From Draconibacterium orientale (GTDB lineage Bacteria > Bacteroidota > Bacteroidia > Bacteroidales > JAIFNL01): a stretch of 51,919 nt of DNA. This document shows positions 1 to 10,084 of the stretch, piece after piece. Made by a program: the position numbers and the translations under genes. The notes beneath the pieces are model-generated. The model did no database searches. It worked only from the letters and a program-made list of their open reading frames with translations, and had not been told where the DNA came from. The stretch is taken from positions 1 to 51,919 of the forward strand of contig DZBP01000003.1 in assembly GCA_022729915.1 (NCBI GenBank). Direction: 5' to 3'. The stretch's first letter is position 1; each line of letters starts with the position of its first letter.

Positions 1-789
1 CGTGCAGCACAATATCATTACAGCAACGCAAAGCAATTGATGCAAAAAGACGACCAAGCTTCAAACCGCAAAGCTTACGAATCATTGATGAAAGTAAAAG
101 GGTATTATGCAACTTACGAAGATGTAGATGAATTATTGATTGAAGCAAAACAACTTGGAACTAGTCACGTATTAATTTCAATAAGAAACGATTCGCAATA
201 CAATTTTGACCGCACTTACTTGGCTGAATTATTGAATTTTGGAATAGGAGATTTGAACTCAACTTGGAAAAATTACTATACAAACTACAACGAAAACATT
301 AACTATGACTACGATGTAATCATAAATTTAACAAACTCTAATTTTTCGGAGGCAATACGCGAACGCTCAGAATACGTTGATAAAAAACAAATTAAAGACG
401 GCTGGGAATACGAACTCGATGCAAAAGGAAATGTTAAAAAAGATTCTTTGGGCAATGATATTAAAAAAGAAAAATTTAAAACTATTGAATGCAAAGTAAT
501 TAAAGAAGTGCAAAAAAAATCGCTCACCATAATTGCTTCTATTCAATACATTAACAAATACAATAATCAGGTTGTTGGAACCTCAAGAGTAGAAGCTGTA
601 AATAATTTTATTCACGAAAGTGCAACTGCATTAGGAAATATGGACGCTTTGAGCGACATTTCAAAAGAAGCGATTAAAAAAACAGCAGTTCCGTTTCCTA
701 CTAACGAGGATATGGTTAATAAAGTGCAAGTAAGTTTACGCGAAAATATTAAAAATTCGATTAAAAATAATTCAAATTACATTAATTAG
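1..789 (+). CDS. hypothetical protein, 5'-truncated by the window edge
   Basis: Frame 1 is open from nt 1 (RAAQYHYSNAKQL precedes the listed start at 37) to TAG 787-789. No recognisable catalytic motif. Asn/Lys-rich composition typical of Bacteroidota hypotheticals. Confidence 0.5.
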   Translation, partial: RAAQYHYSNAKQLMQKDDQASNRKAYESLMKVKGYYATYEDVDELLIEAKQLGTSHVLISIRNDSQYNFDRTYLAELLNFGIGDLNSTWKNYYTNYNENINYDYDVIINLTNSNFSEAIRERSEYVDKKQIKDGWEYELDAKGNVKKDSLGNDIKKEKFKTIECKVIKEVQKKSLTIIASIQYINKYNNQVVGTSRVEAVNNFIHESATALGNMDALSDISKEAIKKTAVPFPTNEDMVNKVQVSLRENIKNSIKNNSNYIN

Positions 790-946
790 TGTTTGAAAGA
801 AAACTCCTTCTTTTTGAAAAAAAGCCCCAAACCCCTAAAGTGGCTTATTGTAACGATTAGTAAATCAACGTGTTTCAAAAAGTCCCCTTTAGGGGATTTA
901 GGGGCAAAAGCTAGAAGTGTATAGTTTTCTTTCAAACACTAATTAA
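782..946. repeat. 165-bp palindromic (MITE-like) element with perfect 24-bp terminal inverted repeats
   Basis: 782-805 TTAATTAGTGTTTGAAAGAAAACT is the exact reverse complement of 923-946. Internal GC-rich blocks 824-840 (GCCCCAAACCCCTAAAG) and 884-905 (CCCCTTTAGGGGATTTAGGGGC) are also mutually complementary. The left arm contains the stop codon of the upstream CDS. Confidence 0.8.
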
Positions 947-1042
947 CTAATTGGATAAGAGATTCATATTTTTCAAAATAAAATTTAGACTCTTTTATAG
1001 TTAATAAAAAATAAAGCCATCAACAAAAAATAAATTTACAAG

Positions 1043-1079
1043 GATTTCTAAGAGCTAAATTCTTCTTAGAAATCTTTTT
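1043..1079 (+). terminator. rho-independent terminator-like hairpin 36 nt upstream of the hflX start
   Basis: Stem GATTTCTAAGA (1043-1053) pairs with TCTTAGAAATC (1064-1074), with a 10-nt loop, followed by TTTTT (1075-1079). Confidence 0.45.
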
Positions 1080-1115
1080 CATAAAACAATACAAACATCA
1101 GCAATATCTCATTTT

Positions 1116-2312
1116 ATGCAAAACAAAAACAACAGCACAGCCAAAGTAGCCGAAAGAGCAGTATTAATAGGCTTGAAAACAAAAGATGTTACTGAAAATG
1201 AAGTAAATGAATATTTAGATGAATTAGCTTTTTTAATAGAAACAGCAGGTGCCATTCCAGAAAAGAGATTCACTCAAAAACTGGACATTCCTAATACCCG
1301 CACCTTTGTAGGAACAGGGAAATTAGATGAAATAAAACAATACATCGAAGAAAACAACATTGACTTGGCTTGCTTTGACGATGAGCTTTCGCCCTCGCAA
1401 CTTCGCAATATTGAGAGAGAATTTAATATCAAAATACTCGACAGAACCAATTTAATTTTAGATATTTTTGCGCTTCGTGCACAAACTGCAATAGCCAAAA
1501 CGCAAGTTGAACTTGCTCAATATCAATATCTTTTACCTCGACTTACTCGAATGTGGACTCACTTAGAGCGTCAAAAAGGAGGAATTGGAATGCGTGGACC
1601 CGGTGAAACTGAAATTGAAACCGACCGCCGTATTATTCGCGATAAGATTACTCGTCTAAAAGAACAACTCGAAAAAATCGACAAGCAAAAGCAGCTTCAA
1701 CGCAAAAACCGCGAGCAAATGATTCGCGTGGCTCTAGTTGGCTATACAAACGTAGGCAAATCGACCATTATGAATTTGATAAGTAAATCCGATGTTTTTG
1801 CTGAAAATAAGCTTTTTGCTACACTCGACACGACTGTGCGTAAAGTGGTGATTGAAAATTTGCCTTTTCTGCTTTCTGATACCGTAGGATTTATTAGAAA
1901 ATTACCTCACAATTTAGTAGAATCGTTCAAATCGACACTCGACGAAGTGCGAGAAGCGGATATTTTATTACATATTGTAGATATTTCGCACTCAAGCTTT
2001 GAAGATCAAATAAATACAGTAACTACCACTTTGCAGGAAATTGACAAAACAGAGAAGCCTACTTATTTGATTTTTAATAAAATAGATTCTTTTTCGTACA
2101 TTAAAAAAGATGAAGATGATTTAACGCCCAAAACACGCGAAAATTTTAGTCTCGACGATTTGAAAGAAACTTGGATGGCAAAATCAAACAATCATTGTGT
2201 ATTTATTTCGGCAAAAGAACGAACGAACTACGATAGTTTTAAAATGATGCTCTACGAAAAAGTAAAAGAAATACACGAGAAGCGTTATCCTCACAACCAA
2301 TTTTTATATTAA
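1116..2312 (+). CDS. hflX: GTPase HflX
   Basis: 398 aa. HflX-type N-terminal domain followed by the G-domain: G1 GYTNVGKST, G2 region TLDTT, G3 DTVGF, then LPHNLVESFKSTLDE, typical of HflX. Confidence 0.93.
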   Translation: MQNKNNSTAKVAERAVLIGLKTKDVTENEVNEYLDELAFLIETAGAIPEKRFTQKLDIPNTRTFVGTGKLDEIKQYIEENNIDLACFDDELSPSQLRNIEREFNIKILDRTNLILDIFALRAQTAIAKTQVELAQYQYLLPRLTRMWTHLERQKGGIGMRGPGETEIETDRRIIRDKITRLKEQLEKIDKQKQLQRKNREQMIRVALVGYTNVGKSTIMNLISKSDVFAENKLFATLDTTVRKVVIENLPFLLSDTVGFIRKLPHNLVESFKSTLDEVREADILLHIVDISHSSFEDQINTVTTTLQEIDKTEKPTYLIFNKIDSFSYIKKDEDDLTPKTRENFSLDDLKETWMAKSNNHCVFISAKERTNYDSFKMMLYEKVKEIHEKRYPHNQFLY

Positions 2313-2411
2313 GAAAAAACAATCTCAACAACTGTATTTTAGTAACCTGACATTAATTTACTTTTTCAAGGTTTCGGGAATACTTTTTTTAACAGGAGTT
2401 AATCAGCAACA

Positions 2412-3938
2412 ATGGCAGATTTTAAGACAAAATATCAAATAAGTAAAAAAGTACAGCAAATAAATGAAGACATGGGGCGAGTTCCGCCGCAAGCAGTTGA
2501 ATTAGAAGAAGCTGTACTGGGAGCAATGATGCTTGAGAAAGGAGCAGAAATTCCGGTTATGGAAATTTTGCCCGTTGATGCATTTTATAAAGAAGCACAT
2601 CAACGCATTTACAAAGCCATTATTAAACTTTCGCAAAGCTATCAAGCGGTTGATATTTTGACAGTTACCGAAGAACTTCGCAAAAACAGCGAACTCGAAA
2701 TGGTAGGTGGCGCATTTTATGTAACTCAGCTTACCAGTAGAATTGCTTCGGCAGCAAATATTGAATTTCACGCTCGAATTATAGCTCAAAAATACATACA
2801 ACGTGAACTGATTCGAGTTTCATCTGAAATACAAAACAGAGCCTTCGATGTTTCGGTTGATGTGGACGATTTGCTCGATTTTTCGGAGCGCGAACTCTTT
2901 GAAATAGCTTCGGGAAACATTAAAAATGAAACAGTTCAGATAGATGCTGTTATCAAGCAATCCATCAAACTGATTGAAGAAGCCGGCAAGCGAAGCGACG
3001 GACTAAGCGGCGTGCCTTCGGGTTTTAGCAGTTTAGATAGAGTTACATCGGGTTGGCAACGAAGCGACATGGTGGTTATTGCTGCTCGTCCCTCGATGGG
3101 TAAAACGGCTTTTGTTCTTTCCATGATGCGCAATATGGCGGTGGAATATAAAAATGCTGTGGCTTTGTTTTCTCTTGAAATGTCAAATATTCAGATAGTT
3201 AATCGTTTAATTGTAGGCGAAACAGGTTTGGCACACGACAAGATAAAAACTGGAAAATTAGAAGATTACGAATGGAAACAACTCGAATATAAAATCAAAG
3301 ACCTTTCGGAAGCACCCATTTTTATTGATGATACGCCAGCTATAAGTCTTTTTGAGCTTAGAGCAAAATGCAGACGTTTGAAAACCCAGCACGACATACA
3401 GTTGGTTATTATCGACTATTTGCAACTCATGTCGGGTCCTCCCGAAACACGTGGAAATCGTGAACAAGAAGTAAGTACTATTTCGCGTGGTATCAAAGCA
3501 TTAGCTAAAGAATTGAACGTTCCCATTTTGGCACTTTCGCAGCTCAACCGCTCCGTTGAAATGCGTGGAGGCGACAAACGTCCACAAATTTCCGATTTGC
3601 GCGAATCTGGAGCAATAGAGCAAGATGCTGATATTGTGATATTTATTCATAGACCTGAACGTTTTGGAATTTTACAAGACGAAGAAGGAAATTCGACTAA
3701 GGGAAAAGCAGAAATAATAATAGCAAAACACAGAAATGGTGAAGTAACTGACGTGCAACTTAAATTTATTGCCGAACAAGCTAAATTTACTGATTTGGAT
3801 TATTCAGAAATTCAGCCACTTACAAACGATGATATTCCTACAAATGTTACTTTTGGGTCTAAAATGAATGATGAACCGTCTCATGTTCAACAACATAACT
3901 ACGACCCATTTAGCGACAATTCGATAGCTCCTTTCTAA
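2412..3938 (+). CDS. dnaB: replicative DNA helicase DnaB
   Basis: 508 aa. N-terminal PPQAVELEEAVLGAMM, Walker A AARPSMGKTAF, Walker B VIIDYLQLM, LSQLNR and ESGAIEQDAD motifs. No intein-sized insertion. Confidence 0.95.
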   Translation: MADFKTKYQISKKVQQINEDMGRVPPQAVELEEAVLGAMMLEKGAEIPVMEILPVDAFYKEAHQRIYKAIIKLSQSYQAVDILTVTEELRKNSELEMVGGAFYVTQLTSRIASAANIEFHARIIAQKYIQRELIRVSSEIQNRAFDVSVDVDDLLDFSERELFEIASGNIKNETVQIDAVIKQSIKLIEEAGKRSDGLSGVPSGFSSLDRVTSGWQRSDMVVIAARPSMGKTAFVLSMMRNMAVEYKNAVALFSLEMSNIQIVNRLIVGETGLAHDKIKTGKLEDYEWKQLEYKIKDLSEAPIFIDDTPAISLFELRAKCRRLKTQHDIQLVIIDYLQLMSGPPETRGNREQEVSTISRGIKALAKELNVPILALSQLNRSVEMRGGDKRPQISDLRESGAIEQDADIVIFIHRPERFGILQDEEGNSTKGKAEIIIAKHRNGEVTDVQLKFIAEQAKFTDLDYSEIQPLTNDDIPTNVTFGSKMNDEPSHVQQHNYDPFSDNSIAPF

Positions 3939-3945
3939 TGTTTGA

Positions 3946-4602
3946 TTAATTTGAGAAGCAATGCGCAAGAATATTTGCTCCCATTTTGAGCGCTTTCAAG
4001 CGTACTGCTTCTGAATCTTTGTGAACTGAAGCATCTTCCCAACCATCGCCTAAGTCCGTTTCGTAACTATAAAAACAAACTAACCTGCCATTGTGAATAA
4101 TTCCAAAACCTTGAGGCGCATTGTTATCATGCTCATGTATTTTAGGTAAACCTGTTGGAAATGGATAAACTTCGCTATAAATTGGGTGAGAAAATGGTAA
4201 TTCTACGAAATCATATTCCGGAAAAACTTTCTTCATCTCTCTACGAATAAATTTATCCAAACCATAATTATCATCTACATGCAAAAAACCACCTGCCAAC
4301 AAATAATTACGCAAATTTTGTGCATCGTGTTCTGTAAAAAACACATTTCCATGCCCTGTCATGTGCAAAAATGGATAGTTAAAAATATCCAAACTGCCGA
4401 CTTCAACTGTTCTATTTTCGAGAGCGATGTTGGTTTTAATGTTTTCATTACAAAAACGAATTAAATTGGGCAAAGACGTTGGGTTTGCATACCAATCGCC
4501 TCCGCCACTATATTTTAACAAAGCTATTTTTACATTTCCCTCTTGTGCAAAAAGGTAGTTCGTGAGGAAAAATAGTAGAAAAACCAGAAAACTTTTTTTC
4601 AT
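3946..4602 (-). CDS. DUF4159 domain-containing secreted protein
   Basis: 218 aa with a signal peptide (FLTNYLFAQ). LKYSGGGDWYANPTSLPNL, HMTGHGNV, LPKIHEHDNNAPQGFGI and DLGDGWED match my recollection of the Bacteroidota DUF4159 family. Confidence 0.65.
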   Translation of the reverse strand: MKKSFLVFLLFFLTNYLFAQEGNVKIALLKYSGGGDWYANPTSLPNLIRFCNENIKTNIALENRTVEVGSLDIFNYPFLHMTGHGNVFFTEHDAQNLRNYLLAGGFLHVDDNYGLDKFIRREMKKVFPEYDFVELPFSHPIYSEVYPFPTGLPKIHEHDNNAPQGFGIIHNGRLVCFYSYETDLGDGWEDASVHKDSEAVRLKALKMGANILAHCFSN

Positions 4603-4639
4603 ATTTTATTTTTAATAGTTTTAAGTTTCACTAAAAAAA

Positions 4640-5341
4640 TTACAAATTTAAAATCGAAACCGTATCACACGCAACTATTCCAGCCGTTTCGGTTCGCAAG
4701 CGACTTGTGCCCAAACTAATTTCTTTAAAACCATTTTCAAGGGCAAAACTTACCTCTTTGGGTGAAAAATCACCTTCGGGTCCTATCAAAATAAGCGATT
4801 TTCCTTTCAATGAAATTACGTTTTTAAGCAAAGGCAAATCTTGTTTATTGCAATGCGCAATGTATTTTTCGCCATCAAATTTACTGGTAACCAACAAATT
4901 AAATTCTTGCAAGGAGTTTAATTTTGGAAAGAAAGCTTTGACCGATTGTTTTGCTGCTGAAATAATAACACGCTCAAGTCGGTCATTTTTTACTATTTTT
5001 CGTTCTGAATGTTCGCACAAAAGAGGCGTTATTTCTGAAATTCCGATTTCGGTCGATTTTTCAAGAAACCATTCCAAACGTTCAATATTTTTAGTGGGAG
5101 CTATCGCAATGTGCAAAAAATAAGGCATTTTATGGTAATTTTCATGCTTTTCAATCACACTAAATTGACACGATTTTGAGTTGTCGCTTATTAATTTTGC
5201 CAAATAAAAACCTCCTTCACCATCGATGAGATGAACCAAATCGCAAATTTTGAGTCTTAATACTTTAATTGCGTGTTTCGATTCCTCTTCTGAGAGTTTT
5301 ATTGTTTGTGAATTACTTTTTTCAATATTAAAAATATGCAC
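4640..5341 (-). CDS. rsmE: 16S rRNA (uracil1498-N3)-methyltransferase RsmE
   Basis: 233 aa. PUA-like N-terminus (HAIKVLRLK) and a SPOUT C-terminus with IGPEGDFSPKEV and LGTSRLRTETAG, the RsmE signature. Confidence 0.85.
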   Translation of the reverse strand: MHIFNIEKSNSQTIKLSEEESKHAIKVLRLKICDLVHLIDGEGGFYLAKLISDNSKSCQFSVIEKHENYHKMPYFLHIAIAPTKNIERLEWFLEKSTEIGISEITPLLCEHSERKIVKNDRLERVIISAAKQSVKAFFPKLNSLQEFNLLVTSKFDGEKYIAHCNKQDLPLLKNVISLKGKSLILIGPEGDFSPKEVSFALENGFKEISLGTSRLRTETAGIVACDTVSILNL

Positions 5342-5403
5342 TTTGATTAAATTTTCAAATTGTTAAATTATCCGTAAATTATTGCTAAAAAAATTACACC
5401 AGA

Positions 5404-6426
5404 TTAATTTTCAGGATTTTCTCGCATAAATCGGTCAACAATCTCAACCATTTTGCGCGAACCTACAAAAAACGGAACTCGTTGGTGAAGGCTATCAGGT
5501 TTTATGTCGAGAATTCTATTTCCTAGTCCATCTACTGCCATTCCTCCGGCTTGTTCGGCAATGAAAGCCATTGGATTACATTCATATAGCAAACGAAGTT
5601 TTCCGGTTGGGTAGCTCAAAGTAGAAGGATAAAGAAAAATTCCGCCTTGTAATAAATTCCGATGAAAATCAGCAACCAATGAGCCAATATAACGAGAAGA
5701 ATATGGTCTTGAAGTTTGAATATCAGGCTCTTGGCAATATTTGATGTATTTTTTTACTCCAACCGGAAATTTTATATAGTTGCCTTCATTTATCGAATAA
5801 ATTTTTCCTGATGAAGGAGTTTTTATTTCAGGGTGAGAAAGGCAAAATTCGCCTATTGAAGGGTCGAGCGTGAAGCCATTTACACCTTTTCCGGTAGAAT
5901 AAACCATCATGGTAGAAGAACCGTAAATAATGTATCCTGCGGCTACTTGGCGAGTGCCTTCTTGCAAAAAGTCAATCTCTTCAGCTTTGTGCCCTTGTGG
6001 AGTTTGGCGACGATAAATTGAAAAAATTGTTCCTATCGACACATTTACATCAATATTTGATGAACCATCGAGAGGGTCCATCGTTACAATGTACTTCCCA
6101 TCTCTAGCTAGTTCGGAATCGAACGAAACGATGTTGTCATTTTCTTCTGAAGCTATTCCACAACATTCACCTGAGGCTTTCAGCGCGCTTATAAAGTGCT
6201 CATCTGCAAATACATCTAGCTTTTTAACTTCTTCGCCTTGTACATTTACCGAACCTTGAGATCCTAAAATATCTACAAGTCCGGCTTTATTTACTTCGCG
6301 GTGAACTATTTTTGCTGCAATTCCAATATGACTCAATAAGTTAGATAATTCTCCTTTTGCATAAGGAAAATCTAATTGCATTTTTATTATAAACTCATTG
6401 AGTGTTACTACTTTAAACTTATTCAT
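5404..6426 (-). CDS. fbp: class 1 fructose-1,6-bisphosphatase
   Basis: 340 aa. [50 protein letters not shown] are canonical FBPase class I motifs. Confidence 0.93.
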   Translation of the reverse strand: MNKFKVVTLNEFIIKMQLDFPYAKGELSNLLSHIGIAAKIVHREVNKAGLVDILGSQGSVNVQGEEVKKLDVFADEHFISALKASGECCGIASEENDNIVSFDSELARDGKYIVTMDPLDGSSNIDVNVSIGTIFSIYRRQTPQGHKAEEIDFLQEGTRQVAAGYIIYGSSTMMVYSTGKGVNGFTLDPSIGEFCLSHPEIKTPSSGKIYSINEGNYIKFPVGVKKYIKYCQEPDIQTSRPYSSRYIGSLVADFHRNLLQGGIFLYPSTLSYPTGKLRLLYECNPMAFIAEQAGGMAVDGLGNRILDIKPDSLHQRVPFFVGSRKMVEIVDRFMRENPEN

Positions 6427-6675
6427 TACTTAGTTTTTTTGGTTATAATCGTAAATATTTACTTGGTATATTGTAATTAAATATTTTTGTAAGTACTTGT
6501 TTTTCAAGTTAAAATTTAAATTATCTATCGTGTAGATTGTCAATAAATTATCCGTCTTTTTTGACAAAGCAACACAAGACAAAACTAGTTAAAAAAATCA
6601 AAAGAGAATAATTTTTTTTAATATATTTGATTTTTTTTTAAGAATAGAATTGTAAAAAAGAATTAAATGAATTAA

Positions 6676-6713
6676 AATGAAAAAACCAGATTTTTATTTC
6701 AAAAATCTGGTTT
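6676..6713 (-). terminator. rho-independent terminator downstream of the PorP/SprF gene
   Basis: 13-bp perfect stem AAACCAGATTTTT (6683-6695) / AAAAATCTGGTTT (6701-6713) with a 5-nt loop. On the minus strand it is followed by a T-rich tract (TTTTTCATTTTAATT). It lies 21 nt past the stop at 6734. Confidence 0.5.
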
Positions 6714-6733
6714 CTATATTTTTTTACTGAAAA

Positions 6734-7753
6734 TTAAAATCCTGGGCAAGGTATCGGTGTGTATTTTTTAAATTTGCTTCGTTTGCCTAATTTAAAATTG
6801 TAAATAAGAGCTATTTCGTGTGAGCCTGCACTTGATTTCATAAGCGAGTTTACAGTAATATCGTAACTATATTGAAGTGAAAGGCTATAAAAATTATATC
6901 CAAGCATCAGAATCACAGCGTCATTGTTTCTGTATCCTTGTTCTGGGTTGTTTAGAACAGGTATTCCTCTGTACCACAATCCTGTAAGCAAATCGTTTTT
7001 TTGCCAATAAGCACCAAGGTCGAGCTGTTTAAATTTTCCTTGCATTTTGTAAAGAAAAGAAAAAGTTAAGCTTTCATTTTTACGTTTCGAACCGTGCCGA
7101 GGGTCTTTTAAGTAAATTTTGTAACCTCCATAAGCCTGTATTAACATATCAACTTTAGCTTCATCGTCAAAAAAGGATTGATTGGGTTTAAATAAGTGAT
7201 CTACGGTAACTCCTCCCCAATAATTTTTACTAAAAACCAAAAAAGAAGCGACTGCATCAAAGTAACCAATTCCTTCTTCTGGCTCAACTTCTGTAGTTGT
7301 TTCTGCTGGATTGTTAATGTTTTTTAATTGGTCGGCAAAAGTAAGTTCGTAAAAATCAATTCCACGCTTTGAGTATTTAAATCCAATTCCAGGGCGAACG
7401 CTAATGTTGCGAGTCGCTTTTAAATTGTAGGAATATGAAACACCGAAATCAGTTAAACTTAAATTTCCGGCACCCGCTTCGTCGCGCAAAACACTCAGCC
7501 CTACTCCACTATTGCGGTTTTCAAAAAAGTGATCTACCGTAAAAGCGGAAGTAACAAACGAATTGCTGATTCCGGGCCACTGATTTCGATAATTCATCAC
7601 GGCTTTGGTTTCGTAATGCAAACCTGCAAAAGAAGGTCCCAAAATAGTGGGTGATGAATAGTATTGCGAAAATTGAATAACTTGTGAATTGGCTGAATTT
7701 GAAAACAAGTATAAAATTGCAATGAATACAGCTATGTAGATATTTTTTTTCAT
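6734..7753 (-). CDS. PorP/SprF family type IX secretion system membrane protein
   Basis: 339 aa with a signal peptide. IQFSQYYSSPTILGPSFAG, YRNQWPGI and GVGLSVLRDEAGAGNLSLTDFGVSYSYN follow the PorP/SprF consensus (FSQY..NPA.AG, YR.QW.G, GiGl..D.aG). Beta-barrel-like alternating C-terminus. Confidence 0.75.
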   Translation of the reverse strand: MKKNIYIAVFIAILYLFSNSANSQVIQFSQYYSSPTILGPSFAGLHYETKAVMNYRNQWPGISNSFVTSAFTVDHFFENRNSGVGLSVLRDEAGAGNLSLTDFGVSYSYNLKATRNISVRPGIGFKYSKRGIDFYELTFADQLKNINNPAETTTEVEPEEGIGYFDAVASFLVFSKNYWGGVTVDHLFKPNQSFFDDEAKVDMLIQAYGGYKIYLKDPRHGSKRKNESLTFSFLYKMQGKFKQLDLGAYWQKNDLLTGLWYRGIPVLNNPEQGYRNNDAVILMLGYNFYSLSLQYSYDITVNSLMKSSAGSHEIALIYNFKLGKRSKFKKYTPIPCPGF

Positions 7754-8247
7754 TTTAGTTGCTTTTTAGTAGAGCAAAAGTGTAATTTTGACTTTTATAA
7801 TTAAAATAACACTTTAAAATGTTAATAAATAATGTAAAAAACTAGAAAAAACTAAGCATTTTTAGTTTAAAAATTTACTAAAATTAAGTGCTAGAATTAA
7901 TTTTAGTACATTTCTATCAAACACATAAGTTTTTTTATTTTAAATAAACAAATATTACGCCAAATTTTCTTTAACAAAGTGGAATGATTTTTTTTTGTTT
8001 TTTTCTTTTGTTACTCAAAGTAGTTTCTTTTAGATTTAATAAAAAAAACAATAACAATAGGTTAATAATCAAAATTGTATGATTATACTTGAAAAAAAAT
8101 GCACTTTATATTCTTCAAAAATTTTTGTAAAGATAAAGAAAAAGTGATTTATTTTCAAAAAAAAGTGCATTATCTTTTATAATTTCATCCAAATTAATAA
8201 AAAAAACCTTTCAACTTTAAATAAATATCAATCTAAATAATTAAATA

Positions 8248-9522
8248 TCAGTTGTTTATTCTCAAAACGGGATATTTTTTTAGAGAAAAATATAAAACAA
8301 ACATTGATGCTATCATCATTAAAATTCCGATTCCGAAAACACCAGTAAAACTTAGTGTTTCGTAAACTAACATTCCCAAAACTGGCGCAAATGCACCTCT
8401 AACTCCAGTCAGTGTTAAATGAACGGCTTGATAATTAGCCGTTTCTTCTTTTTTACAAAAATAAGCAGAGCCAATGTACCAAAGCAACGCCATAGTTGCA
8501 GCAAATATTCCATAAAAAATGTAAGAAAATATCAATAAATAGTATATTTTTAATCCAAAAACAGTAATATAATAAGGAAAATATTCAGTTAGCAACATAA
8601 AAAGTAAAAAGAACATAAGGCTTGCAAATGAATAAATTCCAAATTTTCGTGGGTCGAGTTTCCCTATGATTTTGCCAAAATAGGGTAAAATTACGATTGC
8701 AATGGTATTGTACGAATTTTTGTAAAATGCTACACTTGAATAATTTAAATCTAATACTTCGTCAAAAAAAATATTAATTGCAGCCATAGTACCAATCCAA
8801 ACAAAGCCGTAAATCATAAAAGCTATCTGAAAATGTGTAAATGCTGCATTTTCTTTTAAAATTCGGAACATGATTTTAAATGATACTTTTACCGAATCTA
8901 TAAATTTTGTTCGTATCCAAGAATTTTCAGGTTCTTGATAATCAATTAATGTCAAAACAAAAACGGAAATTATGCCTAAACTACCAATTATTGGGTAAAT
9001 ATATCGAAAAGCAAACATATCGAAGTCTAAAAGTAACCCAAACAAAAAAGTTGCAATTAGAATTATTACCTTATTTAATGTGGAAGCATAGCTATATAAT
9101 CTGCCAAAATTTTCGTGTGAATAGGAGGTTTTCAAAAATAAACTTATAGTAGGCAAAATAAATGGGTCAGCAAGATAATACATAAAAAAAACACTTAAAA
9201 ATAGTAAATGATAGTGCGAATTTGCTATTTCTGAAGCATTGTCGGGGAAAAAAAACATCAGAAATAGCGGAAGGCGTGTAAAAAAAGCCATATATCGCAA
9301 CATTCGCTTTTTATTGCGACTTCGTTTTATCATTTCGTTGATGAAATTTGCAAAAAGTAGTAAAATTACTGTAAATTGAACCAAAGTTGCAATTTCGTAG
9401 TTTGATGCTCGCATACTTTTGAGCAAAACAAACTCATTTAGAGCCAACACACCTACAATTATTCCATCAAAAAAAGAATAAATCAGATGCAAATAAAATG
9501 TTTTTTTTTCTGATGCTGTCAT
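8248..9522 (-). CDS. polytopic membrane transporter, probably MFS-type
   Basis: 424 aa with about 12 hydrophobic helices in a 6+6 layout around a central basic loop (RSRNKKRMLRY after helix 2). No ATPase motif. The family assignment is tentative. Confidence 0.45.
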   Translation of the reverse strand: MTASEKKTFYLHLIYSFFDGIIVGVLALNEFVLLKSMRASNYEIATLVQFTVILLLFANFINEMIKRSRNKKRMLRYMAFFTRLPLFLMFFFPDNASEIANSHYHLLFLSVFFMYYLADPFILPTISLFLKTSYSHENFGRLYSYASTLNKVIILIATFLFGLLLDFDMFAFRYIYPIIGSLGIISVFVLTLIDYQEPENSWIRTKFIDSVKVSFKIMFRILKENAAFTHFQIAFMIYGFVWIGTMAAINIFFDEVLDLNYSSVAFYKNSYNTIAIVILPYFGKIIGKLDPRKFGIYSFASLMFFLLFMLLTEYFPYYITVFGLKIYYLLIFSYIFYGIFAATMALLWYIGSAYFCKKEETANYQAVHLTLTGVRGAFAPVLGMLVYETLSFTGVFGIGILMMIASMFVLYFSLKKYPVLRINN

Positions 9523-10084
9523 TAAATATATTGAATCTAAATTATTTGCGCTTTTTTTAATTCTGCAAAATGCTCATTTTTTTTGGGGGAATACAAAATT
9601 AATTGTTCTCTAAAAAATAGCATTTGTGCGTAATAAATTTGCAGCAAAAGTGCACATTTCTGATGAATTACACTAATTTTTACAGTTTTTAGTCAAAATC
9701 AAATAATAACTATTTTATTTCAATTTATTAATGTAAATGACACATTTTAAGCAAATTAGAATGTTTTATTTATCAAATTTAATATTAAAATAATAAATTA
9801 GTTTACTAGAATAAAAGTTTAAAAGTTTTATTTAACTCATTTTAATTGCTTTATATCGAAAATAAATAGTACATGCAAAATATTTTTTATATAATATTTT
9901 AAAACGTAAAGAATTTTAGCTATTTTTGTAAGATAGTTTTATGCACTAGACCAAATTAAATATACAATTTAATTTGATTAACTACTTATTTTATAATTCT
10001 CTAAAAGGGTTTAAATACCCAATATTGATTTGATAACACATTAAAATTCAGTAAATTAATTGAATTTTAACACATATAAAAATT

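Noticed and set aside
8091-8175. Two similar A8-TGCA(C/T)TTAT segments (8091-8110 and 8156-8175) in the 494-bp spacer upstream of the PorP/SprF gene, considered as operator repeats
   Set aside because: The similarity is mostly a poly-A run plus TGCA. In this composition that is not distinguishable from chance.
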